The notes under the pieces: generated by a model | The model's input: the letters and a program-made list of their open reading frames with translations, nothing else | Database searches by the model: none | Told to the model about the DNA's origin: nothing | Part shown: in pieces, positions 47,401 through 57,100 of the stretch | Layout of the letters: every line of letters begins with the position of its first letter | Numbering within the stretch: the stretch's first letter is position 1 | Made by a program: the position numbers and the translations under genes | NCBI GenBank assembly: GCA_964188305.1 | Contig: OZ076896.1 | Length of the DNA stretch: 64,000 nt | Strand: one strand, 5' to 3' | Source: Podarcis bocagei | Taxonomy: Eukaryota

Positions 47401-48991
47401 CTACGTCTGCATTCAAGATCAAATTAGTACTATCCAAATCACCTGCAAATGTGTAGTTGAAAAGTGAGTGCAAAATTTATGGCTTAGTTTAACAGAATTT
47501 AATCTGACACAATATGATTTTTCCCAATTTCTTCAGCAAATGAATAAATGGCTGAAATGTACAAAGTGGGTAGTGCTCATTGTTATATCCTTTGGGAGGA
47601 AGGGAGATATATAAATTTAATGGATAAATAAATTGTGGTACTGCCAATGCATTTTTAAAAATGTCACGTGACACCATAGAACAGAATGACCTGACAATGA
47701 TACAGTGGTGTCTCGCAAGACGAAAAGAATCCGTTCTGTGATTCTCTTCGTCTAGCGGTTTTTTTGTCTTGCGAAGCAATCCCATTGACGGATTAGTGGA
47801 TTAGCGCTATTAGCGGCTTTTAGCGGCTTATCAGCTTATCGGATCAGCTGATTAGCGGCTTAGCGGCTTAGAAAAAGGGGGGAGGGGAAAAAACCGCAGG
47901 AACTCGCAAGACATTTTCGTCTTGCGAAGCAAGCCCATAGGAGATTCGTTTTGCGAAGCACCTCCAAAACAGAAAACCCTTTCGTCTAGCGAGTTTTCCG
48001 TCTTGCGAGGCATTCGTCTTGCGGGGCACCACTGTACTTCCTTCTGCATCCTTATGGACAATGACTGGCACAAACACCATATTACTTTGTGGTCATTACC
48101 TATGGCACAGCTTCACATCAGTACAACTTGAAATCTTAATATGGAAAGCCAGGAGATAGACCACCTATCACAAACACATTATGTTCCCTAAAATCTAACT
48201 GATAATGAGTGGCTAATAGATTTATTTTATTGGGAAGTACTGTACCAAAGTGAATCCCTTACTAAGAAAGCGGTATTTCATAAATTGTACTTTTAGCTAC
48301 TTTGAGAGTAATCTAGATTAACCCACTGTTCTGGATAGCTTCTGTATTCCATGTTTCAGCAGAAAACTAAGATTAGAATAGTTTGATACATTTTAAATAC
48401 TTTGGCTAATTAAGAATACTTCAATATGGCAGCAATTAACATAAAAATGCTGTTAGGCCAGACAGTTGTACTCTTTGCACTGCATAACAGAAAAAGCACA
48501 TTTTAGTGAAGAATTTTGGCTACGTCTTTTTTTAAGAGGAAGAGAAGTAAAAAAAAAACACACACAACAGATATCAACAGATTATGCAGTTTATGCAGAA
48601 GTTTCCTTATTGTCTCTTTACCAATGGTGAGACAAAATAACATTGCAAGAAAACTATGATGAAATCATAAAATATAAGGTTTCAAACACATACCAACATG
48701 ACCTCCTCCAATAGTGTAAGTCTTTCCTGAGCCTGTCTGTCCATAGGCAAAAACAGTAGCATTATACCCTTCTATCAAAGATGCCACCAATGGCTTAATA
48801 CATGTTGTGTACACTTCATCTTGGGTTGAATGTTTTCCAAAAACAAAATCAAAAGTGAAAACACGGTCCTTTCCGATAATAATCTGCTGAGTATTTGGGA
48901 TTAACCTCACACATACTTGATGGTTGTGAAGCACTTCTTTTGAAAGTAGAGGTCTTATTCTTACTGCTACTTTAACTGGAATCTCTTCCAT
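20459..48991 (-). CDS. KIF27: Kinesin-like protein KIF27 (kinesin-4 family, Costal2/KIF7 relative), 17 coding exons, 1396 aa
   Basis: Coding exons (minus strand): 48694-48991, 46262-46462, 40347-41329, 38900-39043, 37926-38126, 36192-36367, 35222-35346, 34099-34254, 32626-32831, 31393-31590, 30433-30540, 27251-27427, 25449-25664, 24075-24281, 22527-22725, 21557-21715, 20459-20895. Total 4191 nt with phases closing. Starts [14 protein letters not shown]; has P-loop GQTGSGKT, switch I NEHSSRSH and switch II DLAGSE, followed by a long coiled coil. Sits between GKAP1 and QNG1 as in other amniotes. Confidence 0.96.
23168..23535 (+). mobile_element. Full-length Sauria SINE with 11-bp TSD
   Basis: GGGACACGGGTGGCACTGTGG head and (ACCTTT)n tail. 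TSD TACTCTGAGTA at 23157-23167 and 23536-23546. Confidence 0.92.
24428..24673. mobile_element. Tigger/pogo-like MITE family A (opposite orientation to 17077)
   Basis: Same TIRs and TA flanks; interior is the reverse complement of the 17077 and 49796 copies. Confidence 0.88.
25055..25228 (-). mobile_element. Rex1/Babar-like LINE fragment, internally deleted
   Basis: Peptide [31 protein letters not shown] joined directly to a GACAATAAAG-(ATT)n type tail. Confidence 0.65.
26600..26735. mobile_element. Palindromic hAT-type MITE with 8-bp TSD
   Basis: CAGG...CCTG termini, long internal inverted repeat, TSD ATGTAGGG at 26592-26599 and 26736-26743. Confidence 0.9.
28224..29025 (+). mobile_element. 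LTR- or DIRS-like terminal-repeat fragment
   Basis: GC-rich block inside an AT-rich intron, with AATAAAGTTGTGGCC near its end. No clear TG..CA ends or TSD. Confidence 0.4.
29395..29641. mobile_element. Tigger/pogo-like MITE family A
   Basis: TIRs and TA flanks; same orientation as 24428. Confidence 0.88.
30620..30975 (-). mobile_element. Decayed L2-like LINE 3' fragment
   Basis: ATTTATATCCTGCTTTTCCTC tail and AAGGTCTTTAG...CCCAAGCTGTACAGGACCTTGAA, resembling an antisense L2 3' end. Confidence 0.5.
31900..32234. mobile_element. Tc2-like MITE, short form
   Basis: TA-CCGTATTTTTTGCCCTATAGGACGCAC ... GTGCGTCCTATAGGGCGAAAAATACAG-TA. Confidence 0.88.
33342..34003. mobile_element. Tc2-like MITE, expanded form of the 31900 family
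   Basis: Same termini as 31900-32234, plus about 3 internal GC-rich repeat units of roughly 90 bp. Confidence 0.85.
34671..34961 (+). mobile_element. Internally deleted Bov-B derivative (5' part fused to 3' tail)
   Basis: CATGGATCACTGCCTTGCCGTGG...GGCAAACCACTCCAGTATT joined to GGGGTCACAGAGAGTCGAACACGACT..AACAACAAC. Flanked by AGAAATTTA / AGAAAGTTA. Confidence 0.7.
35359..35510 (+). mobile_element. Bov-B 3' fragment with 10-bp TSD beside a KIF27 acceptor
   Basis: TSD AGAGTAAAAT at 35349-35358 and 35511-35520; Bov-B tail AAACGACTAAACAACAA. Confidence 0.88.
35625..35852 (+). mobile_element. L2-like LINE 3' fragment
   Basis: GAGGGCCTTCTTGGTAGTGGTGCCCACCCTGTGG...GCTGCCCAGAGTGGCTGGGG. Related tails at about 14740-14800 and 51465-51520. 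Confidence 0.6.
36882..37226 (-). mobile_element. Sauria SINE
   Basis: Reverse complement of the 23168 element: AAAGGTAAAGGGACCCCTGAC...GCGCCACCCGCGTCCC. Confidence 0.92.
41455..42357 (+). mobile_element. L2-clade LINE, 5'-truncated, with an open ORF2 C-terminus (41459-42145)
   Basis: VKSLGVILD...[14 protein letters not shown]...[14 protein letters not shown]...[13 protein letters not shown], followed by a 3'UTR and (ATT)n tail. Confidence 0.9.
42591..42950 (+). mobile_element. LTR-like repeat fragment
   Basis: Starts TGTCAGGGAACTG and is a purine/GC-rich block; right boundary and TSD not resolved. Confidence 0.4.
43495..44110 (+). mobile_element. Solo LTR with 5-bp TSD, interrupted by a MITE
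   Basis: TGTTA...TAACA ends, TSD GTGAG at 43490-43494 and 44111-44115, internal TATATAA and AATAAA. Homologous to 61849-62092. Confidence 0.88.
43599..43958. mobile_element. Tigger/pogo-like MITE family B, nested in the solo LTR
   Basis: TA-CAGTGGTGACTCGCAAGACG ... CGTCTTGCGGGGCACCACTG-TA, with internal TTAGCGG repeats. Confidence 0.9.
44838..45172. mobile_element. Tigger/pogo-like MITE family B
   Basis: TIRs and TA flanks; near-exact reverse complement of 47701-48036. Confidence 0.9.
45291..45526. mobile_element. Tigger/pogo-like MITE family A
   Basis: TIRs; GGTTACATACGCTTCA unit present three times. Confidence 0.85.
47210..47402 (+). mobile_element. tRNA-derived SINE, old squamate family
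   Basis: Degenerate A/B-box head (AGCTTAGAGCAATGGTAGAAC...GGCTCAATCC) and GTATAAGGCAGCTT tail. Weaker copies at about 44170-44310 and 53360-53420. Confidence 0.6.
47701..48036. mobile_element. Tigger/pogo-like MITE family B
   Basis: TA-CAGTGGTGTCTCGCAAGACG ... CGTCTTGCGGGGCACCACTG-TA. Confidence 0.9.
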
Positions 48992-49340
48992 TGCAGCTTG
49001 TGTGTGAAACAATTCCCGCTTACTTTGCAAACTTCACTTTGAGAGAGTTTCTCTTTATTTCTGTCTTCATTATATTCTCAGTCTTCAGCACTTAACGGGG
49101 AACAAAGAACAACATTTTAGAGATTACTTTTCTCTTACCTAGAAAAGAACTTCTCTTACCTATAATGAAGAACTGCTCTGAAAAGTTATGCAGAAGTAGC
49201 ATCTTCTCTCATTTTATATCCCAGAACTGCTTGAGGCTCTTCAAGATCAATAAAGCCAACAAACAGAACTTTGACAGGGGAACATTTTTGTAAATGCTGA
49301 CAAGAGCCACAACCTGTTGAACTCCCACGTGTTATGCATA

Positions 49341-49562
49341 TACAGTGGACGCTCGGTCTGCGAACGTGATCCGTGCGGGATGCACGTTCACAACCCGCAG
49401 TGTTCGCAACCCGCAGCTGCACGTCTGCACATGTGCGGGTTGCGATTCAGCGCTTCTGCGCATGCGCGACCGCCAAAACCCGTTCTGGTACTTCTGGGTT
49501 TTGGCGGTCCGTAACCCGAAAAAACACAACCTGAAGCGTCTGTAACCTGAGGTAGGACTGTA
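49341..49562. mobile_element. Tigger/pogo-like MITE, CpG-rich
   Basis: TA-CAGTGGACGCTCGG ... CTGAGGTAGGACTG-TA imperfect TIRs. Confidence 0.7.
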
Positions 49563-49583
49563 TAATAGCCACAGGAATCAAAG

Positions 49584-49586
<3 letters not shown>

Positions 49587-49620
<34 letters not shown>
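49587..49620. repeat. (GT)n microsatellite
   Basis: Directly visible. Confidence 0.95.
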
Positions 49621-49621
<1 letters not shown>

Positions 49622-49795
49622 CCATGCTACATTGGATTCCATACAAACAGGACTAGGGAGACCCAGAATCACACAAGGTCACCATCTCTCCCCTAACCTA
49701 CCTCTTTTGTGGGGTGGGGGGCGGAGTTGGGAGCATGCGGGGCCCCCCAAGTTCGTGTAAGAAACATTGTCTGGAACCAATAAACAGCATAATAT

Positions 49796-50025
49796 TACAG
49801 TGGTACCTTGGGTTACATACGCTTCAGGTTACAGACTCTGCTAACCCAGAAATAGTGCTTCAGGTTAAGAACTTTGCTTCAGGATGAGAACAGAAATCGT
49901 GCTCCGGTGGCACGGCAGAAGCAGGAGGCCCCATTAGCTAAAGTGGTGCTTCAGGTTAAGAACAGTTTCAGGTTAAGAACAGACCTCCGGAACGAATTAA
50001 GTACTTAACCCGAGGTACCACTGTA
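49796..50025. mobile_element. Tigger/pogo-like MITE family A
   Basis: TIRs and TA flanks. Confidence 0.88.
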
Positions 50026-50249
50026 ATGGGAAAAGGGATGCAACAGAACCAGGCAAAGAATAAAACACAGTTTGCAAAATACTTCCTTTCACAAGTCACA
50101 AGTGTCTTCCACAGCCTAAACATCCTTTACAGCCCGAACCTACCTAGGCCTGTTTACTCAGAAGTAAGACTCGCCCCCCTCCCCAAAGCGGCCAAGAGGG
50201 CTCCCTCCCAAGCAAGCGCTTCAGATGTTGCTAAATGACCCAAAACAAA

Positions 50250-50760
50250 AGTTGGGATAGTTGCCTCTCGCCGTCGGGCTGCGATCCCCGCGCCGCCCGT
50301 CAGGGAAAAGCAGCAGCTGGGCTTTGCGCGCAGGGAAGGATGAACTCGGAAACTCTCCGTCCGGCGAGGCGCGCTTCTCCTCGCCCGCCCCGGGAGCCAC
50401 CCCTCTCCGGCCACCGCCGCCGCCACGGAGCCTGCGCTGCTGGCGGGACGAAGAGGAGGAGGAGGAGCGGGGCGCCGCGTCCCGCCGCACCCGAGGCGAA
50501 ACCGCCCTCCTTCCCTCCCGCCGCAAAGATCCGCGGCTTCCTCGCGCCCACGTTTGTTTACACCGGTCGCTAGGCAACCGAGCGGGCCTCTCGCGCTGGC
50601 GACGGGCAGCCGGCGGCTCCCTCAAGAGCGGCGCCGCCTCCGCGTTCTCGCCGCGGCCCTCGGGGCGCAGCGCCCCCTGCAGGCGCAAGCCGCGCTTCCC
50701 GCCGAGGCCGCGCGCTTTGCCTCGCCCACGGGTAGGCAAACTAAGGGCCGGATGCGGCCC
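50250..50760 (-). promoter_or_regulatory. KIF27 CpG-island promoter / non-coding first exon
   Basis: Dense CpG island about 1.2 kb upstream of the ATG exon (acceptor at 49090/49091). Contains an X-box and a forkhead motif. Confidence 0.85.
50555..50578. promoter_or_regulatory. Forkhead motif (TGTTTAC) next to an RFX X-box (GTCGCTAGGCAAC)
   Basis: TGTTTAC at 50555-50561 and GTCGCTAGGCAAC at 50566-50578, both read directly from the sequence. X-boxes are typical of ciliary gene promoters. Confidence 0.7.
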
Positions 50761-50777
50761 AGTCTCCTTCTCAATGT

Positions 50778-51403
50778 GTTTTTATTTTTATTTTATTTTT
50801 TAAAAAATTATTGGTTTTCACAATATTATAAACAAATAAACACATAAAACAAACAAACATAAACCACAGCCTTATTAAAAATTACACTTAGTTGAATTTT
50901 ATTGCATGTCCTTTTAACGGTTTTCCAAATCAGTTCTTAAAAAAAAAATTAACTTAAACATTAACATCCTTAGATCTTCACATTATGAAATTAAACATTT
51001 TAATTCATCACTTAAATAAAATCCTAGGCCAATTAAGAATCTGCAAGCTCTTTTCAGTTAATTAAACTTAACATATTTAACTAAGTAATCATTAAATTTG
51101 ATCCAATCTTCCTGATACTCCTCCTCCTTCTGGTCGCGGACTCTTCCGGTTAGGTCGGCTAGCTCCAAAAAATCCATCATCTTCATCTGCCATTCTTCTA
51201 TCGTTGGTAATTCTTGGGTTTTCCACTTTTTAGCTAAAAAAATACGAGCTGCAGTTGTGGCATACAAAAATAATTTAACATCTTTCTTGGGCAATTCCAA
51301 ACCTGTTATTCCAAGAAGAAAGGCCTCTGGTTTCTTTATAAATGTATATTTCAACATTTTTTTCCAATTCGTTATATATCTTTTCCCAGAAGTCTTTCAC
51401 CTT
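50778..51403 (-). mobile_element. L1-clade LINE 3' fragment
   Basis: ORF2 C-terminal-like peptide (KKPEAFLLGI...LYATTAARIFLAKKWK...PTIEEW), then an AT-rich 3'UTR and an A-rich tail abutting the KIF27 CpG island. Confidence 0.75.
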
Positions 51404-51533
51404 CAGCATGTTTTTAAATGAGTAGAATGTGTACATTTATTTAAAATGCATCTCTGGGTTATTTCCCCAGTGGCTGGGGAAACGCAGCCAGATGGGCGGG
51501 GTATAAATAATAAATAATAATTGTTATTATCAT

Positions 51534-51641
51534 CAGTGGGGCATAGGAATTCGTTCACCCCCCCCCCAATATAGTCCGGCCCCCCACAAGGTCTGAGGGA
51601 CAGTGGACTGGCCCCCTGCTGAAAAAGTTTGCTGACCCCTG
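51534..51641. mobile_element. hAT-Charlie (OposCharlie1/OC1-like) terminal fragment
   Basis: ATAGTCCGGCCCCCCACAAGGTCTGAGGGACAGTGGACTGGCCCCCTG..AAAAAGTTTGCTGACCCCTG. Family assignment is from recognition only. Confidence 0.55.
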
Positions 51642-52412
51642 CCCTTACCGCTCAGATTCTCCTTTCTTCTTCTTCTTCATCATCATCATCATCGTTTTAT
51701 TTGTATGCCGCCTTTCCATAGTTAAAACAATGCTGAAGGCGGCGGGCTGTCAAAAAGTATCGAAAAGCATGAAAAATACTCCATTAACTGAGGTTCTCTG
51801 CCCCCCCCCAATCTCCCCCAAAAAAGCTCAACAATTTTTGCCACCCCCCAATAAAAACACTGGATTCGCCCATGGAACCAGCCCAAGCACTTGATCCTGG
51901 CCGTCTCCGAGGCAACAGGAACATTTTGTGGTATCCACAGGTGGCCATTCACATGTAAAGAGCTCAAGTCCGGGCTAAGAGGCTTTGGCACCCAAGGCAG
52001 ACCCCAAAGTGGGTTCCCCAGCAGGGGAGAAGGCGTGAGGGACGACCCACACACCAGGAACAAGATTGACAGTGGGATCTGCTGCCCCTGTGGATCTTGC
52101 CACTTGAGTCCTGACCTCCTTGCCTCAGGTGTGGGCCGGCCCTGGCACGGCTTAACTGGAGCCATTGCTGGATGTTTATGGACTACTAGGCCTCAATCGC
52201 CCCCATTCCAGCTTTGGCAGGCTGCCTTCCTCACCCACCAAAAGAGGAAAAGGTATTGTGTGAAGCTGCCACGACTCTCACAACTCTGCCAGCTCATGTC
52301 TCTGCCAGTGTGTGAAGTAGCCACACTCCTGTACAACCAAGCTATGGGTCTACTGGTTCCAGGGGCGGGGGGCTTTCCCGGGCTCCCCCCGCTTTATGTG
52401 GAGATCCTCCAT

Positions 52413-52765
52413 GTAAAGGTAAAGGAACCTTGGACGGTTGAGTCCAGTCAAAGGCGACTATGGGGTTGCAGCGTTCATCTCACTTTCAGGCTGAGGAAGC
52501 CACTGTTTGTCCACAGACAACTTTCCAGGTCATGGGGCCAGCAGGGCTAAACCGCTTCTGGTACAAGGGAAACAAGAGTGCACGGAAACACCATTTACCT
52601 TCCCGCTGCAGCTGTACCTATTTATCTACTTGCATTGGCATGCTTTCAAACTGCTAGGTTGGCAGGAGCTTGGACCGAGAACAGGAGCTCACTCCGTTGC
52701 GGGAATTCAAACCGCCAACCTTCTGATCGGCAAGTCCAGGAGGCTCAGTGGTTTAGACCACAGAT
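52413..52765 (-). mobile_element. Sauria SINE, divergent subfamily
   Basis: TAAAGGTAAAGGAACC tail and GTACCTATTTATCTACTTGCA...AACTGCTAGGTTGGCAGGAGC core. Confidence 0.85.
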
Positions 52766-52813
52766 GCTCCACGTAGGCATATGGGTGCTCTGACTCACAT
52801 GTGCCACAGCAAG

Positions 52814-53251
52814 TGTTAGAATTCCTGCTCCGTGACTGCAGTCATGGGATTTTTGTCTATCACATGACGGTGTATGTATTGACTCCACAAAGTGGGAAGT
52901 GACAAGACAGGATGTTTGTATTACTGTGTTCCGTGAAGTGGGACTATTGTCCTTTGTTTTCTCTCTTTGCTGTCTGATGCTAGAGGGAGCCATGTTGCAG
53001 TGCTCCGTGTATGTTTATTTACATATAAAGTAGATTAGCCAAAATGCTGAGTTATTGAGGTCTGTTATGCAAGCTGCAAAGACTCTGCAGATCCCTAAGT
53101 GTGTCAACGTCTGTTGGCATCAGTCGCTGTGACGTTTGGGATGAAGAAAGCTTTTGAAGCTCTCGAATGATCGACCAGGAGGGAAGGAACATGCCAGTCG
53201 GGCATGTGTCTCTACCAGGGTCCTACTTGAGTGTAGGACGAGCTCCTGACA
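52814..53251 (+). mobile_element. Solo LTR, second family
   Basis: TGTTAG...CTGACA ends, flanked by GCAAG / GCAGG (5-bp TSD with one mismatch). Confidence 0.65.
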
Positions 53252-54171
53252 GCAGGTATTTCTTCAGGTCTCAGAAAGTATCCATCCAAAGTCCCTTACA
53301 TACAGCAACGTACAATTGTCTTCATTTTGTGTGCCTAGATTTGCATCCTTGTAAGGGGCTATAAATCGGGGTAGAACACATGCTTTGCATGCAGAAGGTA
53401 CCAACTCCTATATCTTCAGGTATCATGCCAAAACCTTTTCATTAGCTTTGTCTTTAAAAGTCAAAAGTGCTGTTGACTGCTCCTTTTGGTCTCATCCTTT
53501 ATGCAGTTTTATTATGTATATTTGTATTTTTTTAATTAAAAAAATTATAAAGCATCCTGGAATCCACTGGGATAATGGGCAAAAACAAAAATGCTTTACA
53601 TAAAAATAAAACTTGGTTTTAGTTCGGCAGATATGCAGTACAAAAAGGTATATGAGGCATATGTATATATGCATATATGAACAAGCACACAGGTGATTAA
53701 TTTGAAGAAGCATTTACTACGATGCCGTATTCAGCTTACTGGTACATTATGAGACATAATCCAGAATTATGTTTTCTATTATTTCACACCATTTTCTTCA
53801 TTGAACTGAATACAAAAATATTGCTGAAACAGAAATAGAAACTTTATCAGTTACAGACTCAGGTGAGCTTGAAACAAAGCAATCAAAGCAGCAAAGGAAC
53901 GGTGTAAACATTACGAGAAAACACCTTTCCTGTGATACAGATAGTGTGCATAATAGCTTTTAAAAGAGTAGATTCTAAAAAATACATGATAAGTGCTCTC
54001 AATTTACTCTTTGCAAGTTTTTATACAAAACCGTTATTGGGTAACAAATAGGAATTAAATGAGTCATGACTAACTTAAGTCTTACTGATTTCAATGGCAC
54101 TACACTACTTGGCAGAACTCCCCATCTAGATTTTTGATACTATACTTTATCCTCAATCATTAAAATTGTAT

Positions 54172-57100
54172 TCAGTAGTATATGCAACGTGTACGATGGA
54201 AAGGAACTCCCTTCATATCTTCCCGATGGTCCCGTGCATAATCCCATAGATAATAATCGAGGAGAACTGCATTGATCTTCTCATCCATGTTCTCGCCTTT
54301 CTTTTTGTAAAGCTCCAGCAAGTGACTGCAAATGAGATCACAACACCAAATAGAGCAACCTCGGATTTCCACTTCCTGGTAGTCTCCAGACGGGAACATG
54401 TGCCCTACAGGAGAGTAATATAAATTAATAAAACAGAAGAGGTAGGACACTCAGAATATTAAACCTACCTGCGGTACACAGCACTTTTATATACATATAT
54501 ATATAAGATGGCATTTCTAACGCTTTCAACTTTAATCAGGATAATTCAGGTTATGTATATTCAATGGTTTAACCTGCAAACCTGACAGGAGCTGTGTACA
54601 CAATATGGTTTGCTCTGGCTCTCGTGCACTCCCACTGCTGGTACATGTGTGGTGGTGGTGTGTGTGTGTGTGCATGCCTGGGTAAAACAGATAATGCACA
54701 GGAGAGGATGCCTCCTCGCTAGTGTGTACAGCAACATGCCAATGTAACTTGAAATGCAGAAGGGGAAACAACCTTTCTTCATTTTAAACCACTAATGTGT
54801 ACATAGCCTAAGATAGGTGGTGATACATTTAGCAAAAGAGGTTAACAATGTGGTCCAAATTCTCAAATATTACATTTTTGATTATCCTGAATGGTTTCAT
54901 ACCTTCCTTGAGCTTTTTCATTAGTTCATCAGAATATTTCATTGCTCCCAAGTGAACAAGCACCTGCGGTATTCTATAATCAGCAAATATAGTCACACTG
55001 GAAATATCACCGAAGCAGCCGTCTCCTTTTCCTTCCAGGACACTCCAAGTGTCAGCCACAAGAATCTGCGCTCGTTTGTAGAAAGCCACCTTTCTACCCT
55101 GATAGGCAAAGGAAAAATATACACCATTATGATACTTCAAGGTTCTTTTTGACAACTTATAGCATAGGTGCATGTTGAGACCTCTCTGTCAAAACAGCCT
55201 GGAAACTTCAGTGACTCCCAAAGAGGGGGGGCTAGATTATCAACTAGAACTGGACAATTCACTTGCATTGCAACAGCACTTAGTCATGTACACTGGCTTC
55301 TAATCTGGTTCTGGAGTGCAATATAAATGTTACAGAATCATAGAGTTGGGAGCAACCAAGAGGGTGTTCTAGTCTAGTCCAGCCCTCTGCTATGCAGGAA
55401 TCTTTTGCCCAGTTCAAGAATAAAGAAATCCTCTTCAACAGTAGGGACTGCTGCTGCAATACCCTGCCAAAGCTCTAGGTGCAGGTGAGGATCATAGACT
55501 TTATGCACACTTTATACCAGGCATGGCCAAACTTGGCCCTCCAGCTGTTTTGAGACTACAACTCCCATGATCCCTAGCTAACAGGACCAGTGGTCAGGGA
55601 TGATGGGAATTGTAGTCCCAAAACAGCTGGAGGGCGAAGTTTGGCATGTCTGCTTTATACACTGATAAAACTATTTACTTCAGTTATTTCAGGGATTTTG
55701 CATTTTTGGCAAAGGGTTGTGCTGATATACTAATGTTTGCATCTGTACTCTACACTGGATTATTTTTGTAAATCTCCAAACATCAGTATATTTCTGGATT
55801 CTATATATATTTCTATACATATATTGGATTTCATTTGAGGCAATATGTTTCTGGAAAATTTCAAAGGTCAGGTTATCTATTCAGATCTGCACACACATTC
55901 TGATCTGTAATATCAAAATATTACACTTGCTAAATTATTCCCTGACCTGTGTGTTGTCCTTAAGGCATGAGACAAGATAACAGGCTTTTCGTGTACAAAA
56001 ATAGGAGGCAGCCGATGCTTCTTCATCGCAGAATTCTAGATGTAACCTGATACTTGCAAACATACAGTAGAGACTAATCGGTCTGCAATCACTATATTCA
56101 GAATGAGTATAAATGCAGACTTCAAGGCTTTAACATCCAGCCTATTTTTTTAAATGGATTTTTCCTTCATTCACCCAACTTCAGCTTTGTGTAATACCTA
56201 CCTTGGTGAAGAGTTATAAGTAACCTAAAAGCTCAAGCACGATTTTTGCAACATTTTGACTGCTCAACTGTGGATTTCAATGATTATGTATGTTTTTATT
56301 GCTTTTTGTTAGTGTGCTGTAAAATTTACAAAAGTTCCAATCTTTAAAAAACTAGCAGTGTAATAAGAAACAACTCCAAAACATTTGTGCCCTGACACAG
56401 CTCTCATCAAGAATAAAAGCAGATTTTTTGTTACAATATTATTTTACTTCCATAATTTATGTTTCACTTTTAATTAAACTTTGCAAAATAGCATAGGGCA
56501 AACTAACCAAGCCATCAAATGTGTACATCTCATCAAAAGTAATGCAGTGTATATGGTCAAAGTGCATGATTGATTTATACCTGACATTCCAATGCAGCAA
56601 ATAACACTTCTGTATGTAGATTTCACTGGGGCTAAGAACTTCAAAACTATTACTGGTTTAGTTATACTGCATGAGATGTGGTTAAGATATATTCAGCACA
56701 CCTGTTAACATTAGTACGTCACCATAAAATGTACCAGCATGAAATGATTCATTACATTGCTAACTGTAAACATTTTCATATCTATAATTAACAATATAAA
56801 AGTAATATTTATCCACTGACTAGGACGCTTTGAGAAGCAAGTTCATTGAAGTAATATGCAAATCAAAATTATACACAACCAAAATTACATAATGGAACTA
56901 ATACTTAATTTTATTTTTTCATAGCTCCCTCAGGTGAATAATAGTTTTCAGCTGCTGTCACAGGCTGAGATCTCATATAGCACCTTGTAAAATGAGCAGA
57001 AAATCTATGGCTATGTCTCAAAACAGATACATAGAAATCCCATGGAAATCAACAGAACTCGCTTCATTATAATTATGTTTAGGATTAGGATGCAATTCTA

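Noticed and set aside
50154-50847. Overlapping Arg/Pro/Ala-rich ORFs
   Set aside because: These reflect stop-codon scarcity in the KIF27 CpG island; no recognisable protein.
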